Positions 15,006-25,429 of a stretch of DNA of 64,000 nt are shown piece after piece. Every line of letters starts with the position of its first letter. The stretch's first letter is position 1. This DNA comes from Bacteroidales bacterium (GTDB lineage Bacteria > Bacteroidota > Bacteroidia > Bacteroidales > BM520), in the NCBI GenBank assembly GCA_016285515.1, contig JAEEQW010000013.1, positions 2,619-66,618 on the forward strand, written 5' to 3'. The notes below the pieces were generated by a model. The model was not told where the DNA came from, searched no databases, and saw nothing but the letters and a program-made list of their open reading frames with translations. Position numbers and translations under genes: made by a program.

Positions 15006-16052
15006 TTAATCAGATGATTTTTTAGAATATTCCGAGTCACGCATTTTCAGGGTACTAAGCAAACCGCAAGCGGCTTCGATATCAAGACCGCGTGAAGCAC
15101 GGATAGTGGTGGAAAAACCCTTATTGCTCAACTTGTCACGAAATGCCTTTACAACTTCCATATCAGTAGTCTGAAATTCATCACCCGGAACACTGTGGTA
15201 CTGTATGAGATTAATAAGACATCTCATACCATTAAGAACCTTGCACAAACCCTTTACATGTCTGTCACTGTCATTGATGCCTTTGAACATGATATACTCA
15301 AACGAAGGGAAACGTTGCTTTCCCCAGTCATGTTCACGCAATGCTGACATTATGTCAGAAATGTGATACACTTCATTCATTGGAATCAATCGTGAACGTT
15401 CTTCTTCAAAAGGAGAATGCAGGCTGATGGCAAGGTTGCAGTCGCATTCATTCAGAAATCTTTTTATACCCGGCACAATGCCCACAGTCGAAACCGTAAT
15501 CTTTCTCTTCCCTATCTTAAAGCCATATTCTGAAGTCAGTATCTCTATGGATTTCAGCACATTATCATAATTATCGAAAGGTTCTCCCATACCCATGAAA
15601 ACTATATTGGTGATAATATTCCGTTCAGGTATGGCATTAAGTTGATTAATAATGTCATGCACCGACAATTTCTCCTGAAAGCCCTGTTTTGCGGTATAGC
15701 AAAAAGCACATCCCATCTTGCAGCCGGCCTCAGAAGAAACGCATAGAGTGTTTCTGTCATTGTTGTTATCAGGAATGAAGGCAGTTTCGATATAATTTCC
15801 CCTCTCGGTTTTGAACAGATATTTCTTCGTTCCGTCAATCGATATTTTAACACTAAGCGGAGGATTGACACCTATCTTATAATTCTCTGCCAAAAGTCGT
15901 CGGTTATCCTTTGAAATATTGGTCATCACATCATAGGATTGCGCACCTGCATTGTAAAGCCAATAAGTCAGCTGCTTTGCCACGTAACTCTTTATTCCGA
16001 GTTGTTCAACAGCCTGGGTCATCTCTCCAATTGTCTTTCCAGTTAAAGTCAT
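15006..16052 (-). CDS. rlmN: 23S rRNA/tRNA (adenine-C2)-methyltransferase RlmN (radical SAM)
   Basis: Radical-SAM cluster CKMGCAFCYT, plus GMGEPFDNYDNV and the C-terminal ACGLL motif. Length 348 aa. Confidence 0.9.
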   Translation of the reverse strand: MTLTGKTIGEMTQAVEQLGIKSYVAKQLTYWLYNAGAQSYDVMTNISKDNRRLLAENYKIGVNPPLSVKISIDGTKKYLFKTERGNYIETAFIPDNNNDRNTLCVSSEAGCKMGCAFCYTAKQGFQEKLSVHDIINQLNAIPERNIITNIVFMGMGEPFDNYDNVLKSIEILTSEYGFKIGKRKITVSTVGIVPGIKRFLNECDCNLAISLHSPFEEERSRLIPMNEVYHISDIMSALREHDWGKQRFPSFEYIMFKGINDSDRHVKGLCKVLNGMRCLINLIQYHSVPGDEFQTTDMEVVKAFRDKLSNKGFSTTIRASRGLDIEAACGLLSTLKMRDSEYSKKSSD

Positions 16053-16090
16053 AAAATATCTGATATGCTACTTTTTTGGAATGTTTTTTG

Positions 16091-16098
16091 CAAAGGTA
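16091..16098 (-). promoter_or_regulatory. -7 box (TACCTTTG on the minus strand) for rlmN
   Basis: The plus strand reads caaaggta, about 39 nt upstream of the rlmN ATG. Confidence 0.3.
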
Positions 16099-16111
16099 AC
16101 ATAATTTGTTT

Positions 16112-16119
16112 TACTTTTG
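16112..16119 (+). promoter_or_regulatory. -7 box TACTTTTG for rsfS-ftsH
   Basis: A TAnnTTTG match 20 nt upstream of the ATG at 16139. Confidence 0.4.
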
Positions 16120-16138
16120 TAGTCTTAAATAGAGAATT

Positions 16139-16540
16139 ATGGATAAAGAAAAAAAGTCATCACTGATGCTGGCCAATATTATTGGTGAGATAATGCTGTC
16201 GAAGAAAGCTAATGATGTTGTAATCATGAACTTAAAGCCGTTGCCAAACACAATTTGTGATTATTTTGTAGTATGTCATGGCAACTCTTTCGTACAAATT
16301 CAGACAATCCGTGATGCTGTAATTGATGAGGTTAGAAAGGCTGTCAGTGAGAAACCGTGGCATGTTGAGGGCGCAAATGATTCGGAATGGTTGCTGATAG
16401 ACTATCAGAATGTCATAGTGCATATTTTTCTAAACAGGGCAAGGGAGTATTACAAGATTGAGGATTTGTGGGCAGATGCAGAGTTTTCACATCTTAAGGA
16501 TACTGCTGCAGGAGCAGACAAAACTGTCTCTGTAAAATAA
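16139..16540 (+). CDS. rsfS: Ribosome silencing factor RsfS (iojap)
   Basis: 133 aa. The blocks CDYFVVCHGNS..Q..I ... W.L.DY..V.VHIF ... REYY.IE.LW are typical RsfS blocks. Confidence 0.85.
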   Translation: MDKEKKSSLMLANIIGEIMLSKKANDVVIMNLKPLPNTICDYFVVCHGNSFVQIQTIRDAVIDEVRKAVSEKPWHVEGANDSEWLLIDYQNVIVHIFLNRAREYYKIEDLWADAEFSHLKDTAAGADKTVSVK

Positions 16541-16557
16541 ATTAACCAAGAACAATT

Positions 16558-18618
16558 ATGTCGAAGAAAGATAACAAAACAACAGAGCAATTTGATTATA
16601 ACGGGATGCCGAAAAACCAGCGACCACGAAAGTTCAGCTTTGCATGGGTATGGCTGTTGCTTGGACTTTTCCTGATCGGCTACAATTTTTTCTTCTACAA
16701 AGGAGAGTCGCAAGAGACTGACTGGAAGGCTTTCAAAGAAATGTTGGCAGATGGGGACGTGGAAAAAATGATTCTTGTAAACAAGGAATATGTGGAGATA
16801 TACATAAAGCCCGACAAGATTTCAAAATACAAACAGAGCGGAGAACGTTCAACCATTTTCAAAAACACTCCGATGTTCACTTACAACATCGGCAGTATAG
16901 AAAAGTTTGAAAATGATGTGGTGACCGTACAAGAGGAGGCAGGAATCAGTGAAAACGACATGGTATATATCTCGAATCAAACGCGTCGTAACTGGGGAGG
17001 TGAAGTTTTGTATTTTATATTTCCACTGCTATTATTGGTCCTATTAACGTTATTCATGTTCAGAGGGGTTGGACGTAGCGGAGGCAGTGTCGGTGGTATG
17101 GGCGGACAGATATTCAACATAGGCAAATCACAAGCTCAGCTTTTCGATAAAAACACTTCATCCATAACATTCAAAGATGTTGCCGGACTTGAAGAAGCCA
17201 AAGTGGAAATCATGGAAGTTGTTGATTTTCTTAAAAATCCAAAGAAATATACCGACCTTGGAGGCAAGATTCCAAAGGGAGTCCTTCTCGTCGGGCCTCC
17301 AGGAACCGGCAAAACACTGTTGGCAAAGGCTGTCGCAGGTGAAGCGAAAGTTCCTTTCTTCTCCCTTTCAGGTTCCGACTTCGTGGAAATGTTTGTCGGT
17401 GTCGGTGCATCCAGGGTCAGAGACCTGTTCAAACAAGCCAAGGATAAAGCCCCTTGCATCATCTTCATCGATGAAATTGATGCCATTGGCCGTGCAAGAG
17501 GCAAAAGTATTGCCAACGGAGCCAACGATGAACGTGAGAGCACCCTCAACCAGCTTCTTACAGAAATGGATGGTTTCAGCAGCAACAACGGAGTTATCAT
17601 TCTTGCCGCCACCAACAGAGCCGACATACTCGACCGTGCTCTGCTTCGTGCCGGACGTTTCGACCGCCAAATTGCAGTTGAATTGCCTGACCTCAAGGGC
17701 AGAGAGGAAATCTTCGAGGTTCACATGAGAGGTCTTAAACTTGACCCGACAGTTGACAGAAGTTTTCTTGCCAAACAAACACCGGGCTTTTCAGGTGCCG
17801 ACATTGCAAACGTATGTAACGAAGCCGCCCTCATCTGTGCAAGAAAAAACAAGAAGATAATTGACAAACAGGACTTTTTAGATGCCATTGACCGTATCAT
17901 AGGAGGACTTGAAAAACGGACCAAACTGATTTCACCGGAAGAAAAAAAGGCAATATCATATCATGAGGCAGGTCACGCCTCTGTTAGCTGGCTGCTGAAA
18001 TACGCAAGTCCTCTCGTAAAAGTCACCATCGTGCCACGAGGCAACTCGTTGGGTGCGGCATGGTATCTTCCTGAAGAACGCAGCCTGACATCATACGAAC
18101 AGCTCTATGATGAAATAACCACCCTGCTCGCAGGCAGAGCCTCAGAAGAAATCAACGTCGGCACCATCTCAACCGGTGCACTCAACGACCTCGAAAGAGC
18201 CACCAAAATGGCATATGCAATGGTCACATACTACGGCCTCGACAAGGAAATAGGCAATATGAGCTACTTCGACTCCACAGGCCAGACAGAATATTCATTC
18301 ACCAAACCATATAGCGAGAAAACTGCAGAAGTCATTGATCAACAAGTAAGCAAACTCATCAGCGATGCTTATCAGCGTGCCAAGGATATTATCACGGACA
18401 ATAAAGAAAAAGTCCTCAAACTCGGTGACCTCCTTCTCGCCAACGAAGTGGTATTCAGCGATGACCTGGAAACCATTTTCGGAAAACGCGAAAATATGAA
18501 CCCTGACATGGCAAAAGCATCAGACTTCATTGAAAAAACACATGAAGCTTATGATGAAAATGAACAACAGACCCAAGATACGCAAAAACCGCTTATAGAA
18601 GCAACAAAGGAAAATTAA
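16558..18618 (+). CDS. ftsH: ATP-dependent zinc metalloprotease FtsH
   Basis: Walker [19 protein letters not shown], Walker [13 protein letters not shown] region, and Zn motif HEAGHA. An N-terminal TM pair is present. Confidence 0.95.
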   Translation: MSKKDNKTTEQFDYNGMPKNQRPRKFSFAWVWLLLGLFLIGYNFFFYKGESQETDWKAFKEMLADGDVEKMILVNKEYVEIYIKPDKISKYKQSGERSTIFKNTPMFTYNIGSIEKFENDVVTVQEEAGISENDMVYISNQTRRNWGGEVLYFIFPLLLLVLLTLFMFRGVGRSGGSVGGMGGQIFNIGKSQAQLFDKNTSSITFKDVAGLEEAKVEIMEVVDFLKNPKKYTDLGGKIPKGVLLVGPPGTGKTLLAKAVAGEAKVPFFSLSGSDFVEMFVGVGASRVRDLFKQAKDKAPCIIFIDEIDAIGRARGKSIANGANDERESTLNQLLTEMDGFSSNNGVIILAATNRADILDRALLRAGRFDRQIAVELPDLKGREEIFEVHMRGLKLDPTVDRSFLAKQTPGFSGADIANVCNEAALICARKNKKIIDKQDFLDAIDRIIGGLEKRTKLISPEEKKAISYHEAGHASVSWLLKYASPLVKVTIVPRGNSLGAAWYLPEERSLTSYEQLYDEITTLLAGRASEEINVGTISTGALNDLERATKMAYAMVTYYGLDKEIGNMSYFDSTGQTEYSFTKPYSEKTAEVIDQQVSKLISDAYQRAKDIITDNKEKVLKLGDLLLANEVVFSDDLETIFGKRENMNPDMAKASDFIEKTHEAYDENEQQTQDTQKPLIEATKEN

Positions 18619-18635
18619 CTTTAATCAAATCAAAC

Positions 18636-19292
18636 ATGGCAGACATTAATTCCAAATCGCAATATGAAGACAGCATAGCAAAAGAGAAAATAATCAACGA
18701 GCTCAAACACGTTACGGCAAGCAAAAATTCGTCATTTTCAAATACGGAGACTGGTGTCAACGTTATTGCCGACAGCAAAGAAAATCTCGAAGACATGTTC
18801 TGCCGCAAATTCGTACAAAACGGTGGCAAACTCATCTTCTGCGAAACCGATCGGGAAATTATATCCAATATCCGGGCAGCTGTCAAAGAATTTAACTGGA
18901 CTGATATTTACTGCTATAACACTAGCATTAGCGATATCCTCAGTACTGCAGAAATCAAATTTAAAAACAATATCGGTGACTTACTTTCCGTACCGGTAGG
19001 AATGACCATGTGCGATGCGTTGATTGCCAATCAGGGAAGCATTGTAATCTCCAATGAATCAGACAAGAAGAGAAAACTTTCAGCCATTGCTCAAACTCAT
19101 GTTGTATTCGCGGCTATTGACAAAATTGTTCCGGATTTCAAAGCAGCCATTGATATAATGAAGAAACCGGACAACAGATTGCCCGACACAATCGAAATAA
19201 TTTCGGGACCAAGTTCCACTACAGTGGCCGAATGCAATCCGATAATAGGCGCCCAAGGTCCAAAAGAATTATATCTGTTTCTATTAGCTTAA
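18636..19292 (+). CDS. LUD-domain (LutC/YkgG-like) protein
   Basis: 218 aa. VGMTMCDALIANQGSIVIS ... LSAIAQTHVVFAAIDKIVPDFKAAI resembles the LUD domain core. Confidence 0.6.
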   Translation: MADINSKSQYEDSIAKEKIINELKHVTASKNSSFSNTETGVNVIADSKENLEDMFCRKFVQNGGKLIFCETDREIISNIRAAVKEFNWTDIYCYNTSISDILSTAEIKFKNNIGDLLSVPVGMTMCDALIANQGSIVISNESDKKRKLSAIAQTHVVFAAIDKIVPDFKAAIDIMKKPDNRLPDTIEIISGPSSTTVAECNPIIGAQGPKELYLFLLA

Positions 19293-19300
19293 TCCCCACA

Positions 19301-20119
19301 ATGAAAAAATTCCTAATCAGAACAGCTTCAGCCATAGTATTTGCGGCTATTTTGCTTGGAACTATATATTTAGGCAAATTATGGATGCTTGTGGCTCTCG
19401 GATTCTTCCTTTGTGCTGCACTATTTGAAATGAAACATTTCGTGACTTTCAAAACCATAATACCATACATTCTGATAGGAGCATTTTTCTACGTTCTTGG
19501 AGTTGCTGCTGGCTTCGAATACACATACAGACAATGGGCAGCAATAATCGTAATCTTTGCAATTGCATTCCTCTGTCTGCTGATGATGCAAAACAACTAT
19601 CCTGAAAAGCCCTTTATTTTCAAGATATTTGCATTATTTTACCTTACAGTTCCATTCATATTGTTCAATACACTTCCACAGTTTTCAGAAAAAATGGGAC
19701 AAGTATCGTATTTCATCCCCTACTGTCTGCTTGCAACAATATGGATTGGAGATGCAACCGCATACATAATCGGTTCTCTGTGCGGAAAACATCCAATGGC
19801 AAAAAAAACATCACCGCACAAAACGTGGGAGGGTTTCTTCGGAGGCCTCATCTTTGTAATCATAACATCAATTATTCTTTCATATCTGTTTAATATACAA
19901 GTAGGTATAAACCAATGGCTTTTCTGGTTGCTGTTCTGTCTCATTACTTATTTAACTGGGACTCTAGGCGACCTGTTCGAATCTAAGCTTAAACGTACCG
20001 CCGACATAAAAGACTCTGGCAAACTTATGCCAGGTCACGGAGGGGCCTTAGACAGATTCGACTCGTTTCTGCTTTCAGTACCATGCATTATCATCTTTCT
20101 GCTAACCGTTTTATACTAA
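19301..20119 (+). CDS. cdsA: Phosphatidate cytidylyltransferase CdsA
   Basis: Multi-TM protein with the C-terminal signature SKLKRTADIKDSGKLMPGHGGALDRFDS. The start was taken at MKKFLIRT, after the upstream stop. Confidence 0.85.
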   Translation: MKKFLIRTASAIVFAAILLGTIYLGKLWMLVALGFFLCAALFEMKHFVTFKTIIPYILIGAFFYVLGVAAGFEYTYRQWAAIIVIFAIAFLCLLMMQNNYPEKPFIFKIFALFYLTVPFILFNTLPQFSEKMGQVSYFIPYCLLATIWIGDATAYIIGSLCGKHPMAKKTSPHKTWEGFFGGLIFVIITSIILSYLFNIQVGINQWLFWLLFCLITYLTGTLGDLFESKLKRTADIKDSGKLMPGHGGALDRFDSFLLSVPCIIIFLLTVLY

Positions 20120-20123
20120 AGCC

Positions 20124-20777
20124 ATGAAAATTCACAAAGAAGGACAACAAATCGCTGCAATATTGCTGATACTCACGCTGTTATCATCAGCCATCACCAT
20201 AGCACAAAAAGAGACCAACATTGTTCTTATTGTATTGTCATGCTTGCTGTTCCTTTTCACACTGATTATTGTATTCTTCTACAGATATCCTGACAGACAA
20301 TGCAATATTAATGAAAACGTGATATATGTACCTGCAGACGGGGAAGTGGTTGCCTGCGAAAAAGTCTTTGAAAAGGACTATTTCAAAGCCGAAATGCTAC
20401 AAGTTTCTATATTTATGAGCATTTACAATGTTCATGTAAATTGGGCTCCAGCAGCAGGTAAGATAGTTTGGAAACTCCACAAGGACGGCCAAAACTATCC
20501 CGCACGCAATCCGAAATCTTCGGAACTCAACGAAGTCTGCAAGACAGTGATACGCCTCAACAATGGCAAAGAAATCATGGTCAATCAGATAGCAGGAATA
20601 ATGGCTCGAAGAGTAGTCAACAACAAAGAAGTTGGCGAAACCATCAAACAAGGCGATGAACTCGGTATTATCAAGTTCGGGTCCAGAGTCGATTTGTACA
20701 TCCCTCTCGAATCGGATATTAAAATCAATATAGGACAAAAAGTAAAAGCAATAACTACAGTTGCTGCAACCATATAA
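20124..20777 (+). CDS. psd: Phosphatidylserine decarboxylase family protein
   Basis: 217 aa with N-terminal TM helices. IKFGSRVDLYIP contains the G-S self-cleavage-type motif. It follows cdsA, as is typical. Confidence 0.8.
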   Translation: MKIHKEGQQIAAILLILTLLSSAITIAQKETNIVLIVLSCLLFLFTLIIVFFYRYPDRQCNINENVIYVPADGEVVACEKVFEKDYFKAEMLQVSIFMSIYNVHVNWAPAAGKIVWKLHKDGQNYPARNPKSSELNEVCKTVIRLNNGKEIMVNQIAGIMARRVVNNKEVGETIKQGDELGIIKFGSRVDLYIPLESDIKINIGQKVKAITTVAATI

Positions 20778-20788
20778 GAATCAATACT

Positions 20789-21523
20789 ATGAATAACATC
20801 ATACACAAAGTGGAAATAAAAAAGCTGTGGAATATCTACAACGTCAAATGGGAAAACATTGCCCCTGACGTCAACATCATAGTAGGTATCAACGGTAGCG
20901 GGAAAAGCACCATTCTCAACGCAATATATACCTGTCTCAATCGACCGGAAGAAATTAAAGCCAATTTCTTCCTCGATTATATAACAGTGCATATTGACAA
21001 ATACGTCATTGACAGCAGAACCGGCAAACCTGCAGACATGCCGATGCCACTTTCAGCAAAACTCAACCGTGAAGACACCTCCTTCGATCCCATTATCATG
21101 CGTCTGAAGAATCTCATTGCCACAGAGCCCGTAAGTGCATACAAAGAACTGACTGAGTTTTCAAAAATAATCAACTCATTGTTTCATAATACCAAAAAGA
21201 GACTTGACGAACATGACCTTTCGGACATAAGATTTCTTGACGTAAACAATCAGGAAGTTGCCCTACAACGTCTGTCACTCGGTGAAAAACAGATGCTTAC
21301 ATTTCTATACAAAGTCTTCCTTACGAGAAAGAAACCATACGCACTGTTCCTTGACGAGCCAGAATATTCACTTCACATCGAATGGCAGGAAAAACTCATT
21401 GACATAATACGCCAAATCAACCCTAACTGTCAGCTTTTCATCACAACACATTCCCCCAACATTTTCAGCAACGGATGGCAGGACAAACTTCAATTTATCG
21501 AGGACTTTACAACTGAAATATAA
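20789..21523 (+). CDS. ariA: Minimal ABC-type (AAA_21-like) ATPase, PARIS AriA-like
   Basis: Walker A GINGSGKST, ABC signature LSLGEKQML, Walker B LFLDEPEYSLH, H-loop TTHSP. Only 244 aa, with no room for a long coiled-coil insertion. Its stop overlaps the next ATG (TAATG). Confidence 0.65.
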   Translation: MNNIIHKVEIKKLWNIYNVKWENIAPDVNIIVGINGSGKSTILNAIYTCLNRPEEIKANFFLDYITVHIDKYVIDSRTGKPADMPMPLSAKLNREDTSFDPIIMRLKNLIATEPVSAYKELTEFSKIINSLFHNTKKRLDEHDLSDIRFLDVNNQEVALQRLSLGEKQMLTFLYKVFLTRKKPYALFLDEPEYSLHIEWQEKLIDIIRQINPNCQLFITTHSPNIFSNGWQDKLQFIEDFTTEI

Positions 21524-22494
21524 TGATTGCCGATCCAGCTGCAAAAAACGACTTCTACAGACGTGCTGCCAATAATTTTGCAAACAGTGCTATTATTCGC
21601 AGATATACGGCTACAGTCCATGTGGAAGGTGAAAGTGATATCAGTTTCTGGGGTCAGATACTACATCGCTTCTACCCCAGCGGAAAGTTTCATTTCATTT
21701 ATTACTCCAAATCACTGTCAGGCAATGAAGCAAGCGGTTCCACACATTGTATGAACTACCTGCCTTACCTTTCAAAACACTTTTTTATCTGTATCGATAG
21801 CGACAACAGATATCTGAAACACACTGATAATCTGACCATTAATGACTTTGTTTTTCAGACTTACGCCTATTCCATTGAAAATCACTACTGTTACGCCCCT
21901 CATCTGTCATACATCTGCAAGATAATGACAGGAGCACAAAATCCCGTATTCAATTTCGAATTGTTCCTCAAAGACTATTCGAACATCGTATATCCGCTGT
22001 TTATCTGGCACCAGTATTTTCTCCGTATAGGCAGCGAAGAACTTGACGTAATTCCATTCAACAATCTTATAACTTTCAAGGGCAGAATCAGTGAATGGCA
22101 GCTAATCGACAACGGCAAGTTCATACTCGACAAGATTCAGCAAAGGGTGACCTCCAGATTAAACAACATTAAACATGACTATCCGGATATCAACATCGAA
22201 GAAGAAGAAAAATTATGTAAAGATCTTGGTGTCACTCCCGATACGGTATATCTGTTTGTCAGAGGTCATCATCTGGCCGACTTCATATCCAAAGTCGGAC
22301 AAATCTGCACCGATAAAATGTTAAGAGAGCAAAGTGAATCCAAGAGCAGTAAGAGGAAAAAGTCAAACACACAGATAAAAACAAACAAAACATTCAAACA
22401 ACTTATGACCGGAAGAGTTTGGATTGCAAAATACTTTTGCATGAACATGATTAAACAAGATATTAAATCTTTTTTTTATACCAAAAAAAAATGA
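21523..22494 (+). CDS. ariB: DUF4435 (Toprim-like) protein, PARIS AriB-like
   Basis: HVEGESDISFW (Toprim Glu block) and FICIDSDNRY (DxD block) are spaced as in DUF4435. Lys/Ser-rich C-terminal tail. Its stop overlaps the next gene's ATG (ATGA). Confidence 0.65.
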   Translation: MIADPAAKNDFYRRAANNFANSAIIRRYTATVHVEGESDISFWGQILHRFYPSGKFHFIYYSKSLSGNEASGSTHCMNYLPYLSKHFFICIDSDNRYLKHTDNLTINDFVFQTYAYSIENHYCYAPHLSYICKIMTGAQNPVFNFELFLKDYSNIVYPLFIWHQYFLRIGSEELDVIPFNNLITFKGRISEWQLIDNGKFILDKIQQRVTSRLNNIKHDYPDINIEEEEKLCKDLGVTPDTVYLFVRGHHLADFISKVGQICTDKMLREQSESKSSKRKKSNTQIKTNKTFKQLMTGRVWIAKYFCMNMIKQDIKSFFYTKKK

Positions 22495-23261
22495 AAACAA
22501 ACAGAATAAGTCTCATCATATTGTTTCTTGCAGCATGTACACTAATTACATCCTGCACGCTTAAAAACAAATATGTCATCACTGATGCACATATCTCGTA
22601 TATAAGCATCGATTCCACATTTGACACACATCCGTATGACGTGGCTCAAGGTGTTCTTGATGAATATTATGCCAAGGCACATGCCATCATGGACGACACC
22701 ATAGGATACTGCGACTTTGCGATGTCGAAAAAAGGCGCAGAGAATCTACTGTGCAATTTTACCGCCGATGCCATTCGTGTAATAGGACAAGAAACATGGG
22801 ATTCTATCCAAATCGACATGGGACTGATCAACAAAGGAGGGATACGAATTGATATGGCTAAAGGTCCTATTACCGTAGGCGACGTCTATGCCATCTACCC
22901 ATTCGACAATTGCCTGACTTTGCTCGCAATGAAAGGCTCCGACCTCAGAGACCTCTTCAAGACATTTGCAAAACAGAACAGATATGAAGCATTCAGCGGT
23001 CCAAGACTTGTTGTAAAAAACGGCAAACTGGAATCCGTAACGATGAACGGGAAAAAACTCGAGGATGACAAAATATATTATGTGGTAACAATAGATTACG
23101 TGGCAGAAGGTAACGACGGCATGCCTCAATTCAAAAATGCAATATCAGTCACCCATGCTGATATCGTCGAGAGAGATGCGATAACAGCTTACATTAAGGC
23201 ACTGACTGCCGCAGGCAAACACATCAGAGCCAAAATCGACGGAAGAATCACTGTTTTATAG
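22491..23261 (+). CDS. 5'-nucleotidase C-terminal (substrate-binding) domain lipoprotein
   Basis: Lipobox LITSC. The blocks GGIR ... GDVYAIYPFDN.L ... G.DL..L ... YVVTIDYVAEGNDG fit 5_nucleotid_C. Confidence 0.75.
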   Translation: MKTNRISLIILFLAACTLITSCTLKNKYVITDAHISYISIDSTFDTHPYDVAQGVLDEYYAKAHAIMDDTIGYCDFAMSKKGAENLLCNFTADAIRVIGQETWDSIQIDMGLINKGGIRIDMAKGPITVGDVYAIYPFDNCLTLLAMKGSDLRDLFKTFAKQNRYEAFSGPRLVVKNGKLESVTMNGKKLEDDKIYYVVTIDYVAEGNDGMPQFKNAISVTHADIVERDAITAYIKALTAAGKHIRAKIDGRITVL

Positions 23262-23282
23262 AACTAAGAATCAAGAAACAAA

Positions 23283-24185
23283 ATGAAAACAAATAAGTCA
23301 ATTATCACAGTAATTCTACTTATCTGTGTCACAACATTAAGCTATTCACAAGATAAGAAACTGACAATTATCCATACTAATGACATGCACAGTCAGGTGG
23401 AACCGATATCAAAGAATATCAAAGGTTTCAAGGCTGGGAAAGGCGGTTTTGTAAGAATATGCACCTGTATCCACGAAGAGGTGGAAAAAGACCCTGAAAA
23501 TACGCTTCTGCTTGATGCGGGCGACTTTTCACAAGGTTCTGTATATTACAACCTGCTCCACGGCAGAACAGAAATAGCCTTCATGAACACTCTGCATTAC
23601 GATGCAGGCACATTAGGCAATCACGAATTCGATTCTGGCATAGATAATCTCGCAGAGCTGATAAAAGAGGCGAATTTTCCTTTTATCTGCTGCAATTACG
23701 GACTGGATAACACACCACTGAAAGACTTGGTCAAACCTTACATTATTGTTGAGAGAGCCGGTATGAAAATAGGTATCTTCGGCCTCGGCCCTTACGAACT
23801 CAAGAATGTTACTTTTGAAAAGAACATCAAAGGAGTCGTCTTCAAAGACACTTTCAAATGTGCCAATGAAACCGCCCATAAACTTCGCAATGAAGAAAAA
23901 TGCGACCTTGTCATCTGCCTGTCACATTTAGGCTGGAACTCAAACAATACGGACGGTCCCAACGGCATAGCAGTATGCGACAGCACATTGGCTGCAAACA
24001 GCCGCGATATAGACATAATTGTAGGAGGACACTCGCATACTCCAATGAAACACGGCAAAAAAATTCCAAATCTTGACGGAAAGACAGTATATATAAACCA
24101 AACCGGCGCCAATACTGCTACGGTAGGCAAAATGGTTTTCGACATTGCAAAAATCAGAAATGCAAAAATCAGAAAACTGAGATAA
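23283..24185 (+). CDS. Metallophosphoesterase / 5'-nucleotidase N-terminal catalytic domain protein
   Basis: Motifs HTNDMH, DAGDF, GNHEFD, SHLG and GGHSH are the calcineurin-like phosphoesterase motifs of UshA-type enzymes. Confidence 0.8.
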   Translation: MKTNKSIITVILLICVTTLSYSQDKKLTIIHTNDMHSQVEPISKNIKGFKAGKGGFVRICTCIHEEVEKDPENTLLLDAGDFSQGSVYYNLLHGRTEIAFMNTLHYDAGTLGNHEFDSGIDNLAELIKEANFPFICCNYGLDNTPLKDLVKPYIIVERAGMKIGIFGLGPYELKNVTFEKNIKGVVFKDTFKCANETAHKLRNEEKCDLVICLSHLGWNSNNTDGPNGIAVCDSTLAANSRDIDIIVGGHSHTPMKHGKKIPNLDGKTVYINQTGANTATVGKMVFDIAKIRNAKIRKLR

Positions 24186-24193
24186 GATACCGT

Positions 24194-24868
24194 ATGAATC
24201 TAATTCATGTTGAATCCACAGACTCCACCAATCTGGAAGCTGAAAGAATCCTTTTGTCCGACAAAGCCAACACACCATTTGTCGTACTTACCGATGAACA
24301 GCTTAATGGACGAGGACAGGGTAATCATAAATGGCTGAGCGAAAAAGGATTGAATATCACATGCAGTTTTGTCGTATCACCTCTCATCGATTCCGTCCAT
24401 CAGTTCCATCTTACTGCCATGGCATCGGTGAGCATTCTCGAAACGGTTTCATCTTTCCTACATGATTCATCCATTGTAAAAATCAAATGGACAAATGATG
24501 TTTATGTAGGCAGCAACAAGATTGCAGGCATACTCATCAAAAATAAAATCCTCAATAACAAAATCACATCAAGCATCATCGGAATAGGTCTGAACGTCAA
24601 CCAGACAATCTTTCCAGAAGACGTTCCGAATCCGACATCATTACAACTTGAAACAAATCAGGAAATGAATGTGAAAAGCGTATTTTCCACGCTATGTGAC
24701 CGTTTTGAGGCAAACTATGCCATTATGCTGACAAATCCCAAGAAATTGGCAGAAGAATACAGGGCAAATCTTTTCATGTTAAATAGGCCCTACAAATACA
24801 CTGTAAACGGGAAGGAGGAAATCCGTGCCATTCGCGATGTCAACGATTTCGGTGAAATGATATGGTAA
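24194..24868 (+). CDS. birA: Biotin--[acetyl-CoA-carboxylase] ligase (no HTH domain)
   Basis: GRGQGNHKWLS (GRGRxGRxW-type motif) and KWTNDVYVGSNKIAGILI. Confidence 0.8.
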   Translation: MNLIHVESTDSTNLEAERILLSDKANTPFVVLTDEQLNGRGQGNHKWLSEKGLNITCSFVVSPLIDSVHQFHLTAMASVSILETVSSFLHDSSIVKIKWTNDVYVGSNKIAGILIKNKILNNKITSSIIGIGLNVNQTIFPEDVPNPTSLQLETNQEMNVKSVFSTLCDRFEANYAIMLTNPKKLAEEYRANLFMLNRPYKYTVNGKEEIRAIRDVNDFGEMIW

Positions 24869-24881
24869 GGGTGAGTACCCA

Positions 24882-25412
24882 TCAGGCCATCATAACTCTG
24901 AGCAATACATACAGATAATCCGACAGGCGATTGAGCAGCTGCGACACAAAATCCTTCCTGACAATTTCGCCTTCTATTGCCACAATACGGCGTTCAGCCC
25001 TGCGACATATAGTACGTGCAACGTTAATATGTGACGAAATCACATTGTTGCCCAAAATCATCAGGGAAAACTGCTTGGGTAAAGTCTCAGATATATCATC
25101 AATTGCCTTTTCGATATGTGTAATCACATCGTAATCAGGGCTCTGCATTTTTTCACCCACTTCGACAGAACAGCATGCAACATACGCACACGCTAAAAAC
25201 AGAGCCTTCCTGATTTCACCAAAAAGTTCAATTGTCCCATTTGGGATTTTAATATCAGCAGATTCCTTCAACATAGAATCAATCAGTCCAATGTAAGCAT
25301 CCAATTCATCAACAGTGCCGTAAGCTTCAACACGTGAATCATTTTTGGCGACTCTTTCGCCTCCTATTAACATAGTAGTTCCTTTATCGCCAGTTTTTGT
25401 GTAAATATGCAT
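24882..25412 (-). CDS. ATP:cob(I)alamin adenosyltransferase, PduO type
   Basis: N-terminus MHIYTKTGDKGTT ... RVEAYGTVDELDAYIG is the canonical PduO/MMAB start. Confidence 0.85.
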   Translation of the reverse strand: MHIYTKTGDKGTTMLIGGERVAKNDSRVEAYGTVDELDAYIGLIDSMLKESADIKIPNGTIELFGEIRKALFLACAYVACCSVEVGEKMQSPDYDVITHIEKAIDDISETLPKQFSLMILGNNVISSHINVARTICRRAERRIVAIEGEIVRKDFVSQLLNRLSDYLYVLLRVMMA

Positions 25413-25429
25413 AATTTCAACCTATTAAT

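Noticed and set aside
15003-15012. Perfect 10-bp palindrome tgattaatca containing the abutting convergent stop codons of the TIGR04076 gene and rlmN
   Set aside because: A curiosity explained by two stop codons (TGA and TAA) placed head to head. It is too short to argue for function.
22491-24185. 5'-nucleotidase split into two genes with the C-terminal domain encoded first
   Set aside because: Both ORFs are intact, and each has its own signal or lipoprotein sequence. The arrangement looks like a stable two-gene configuration rather than a pseudogene.
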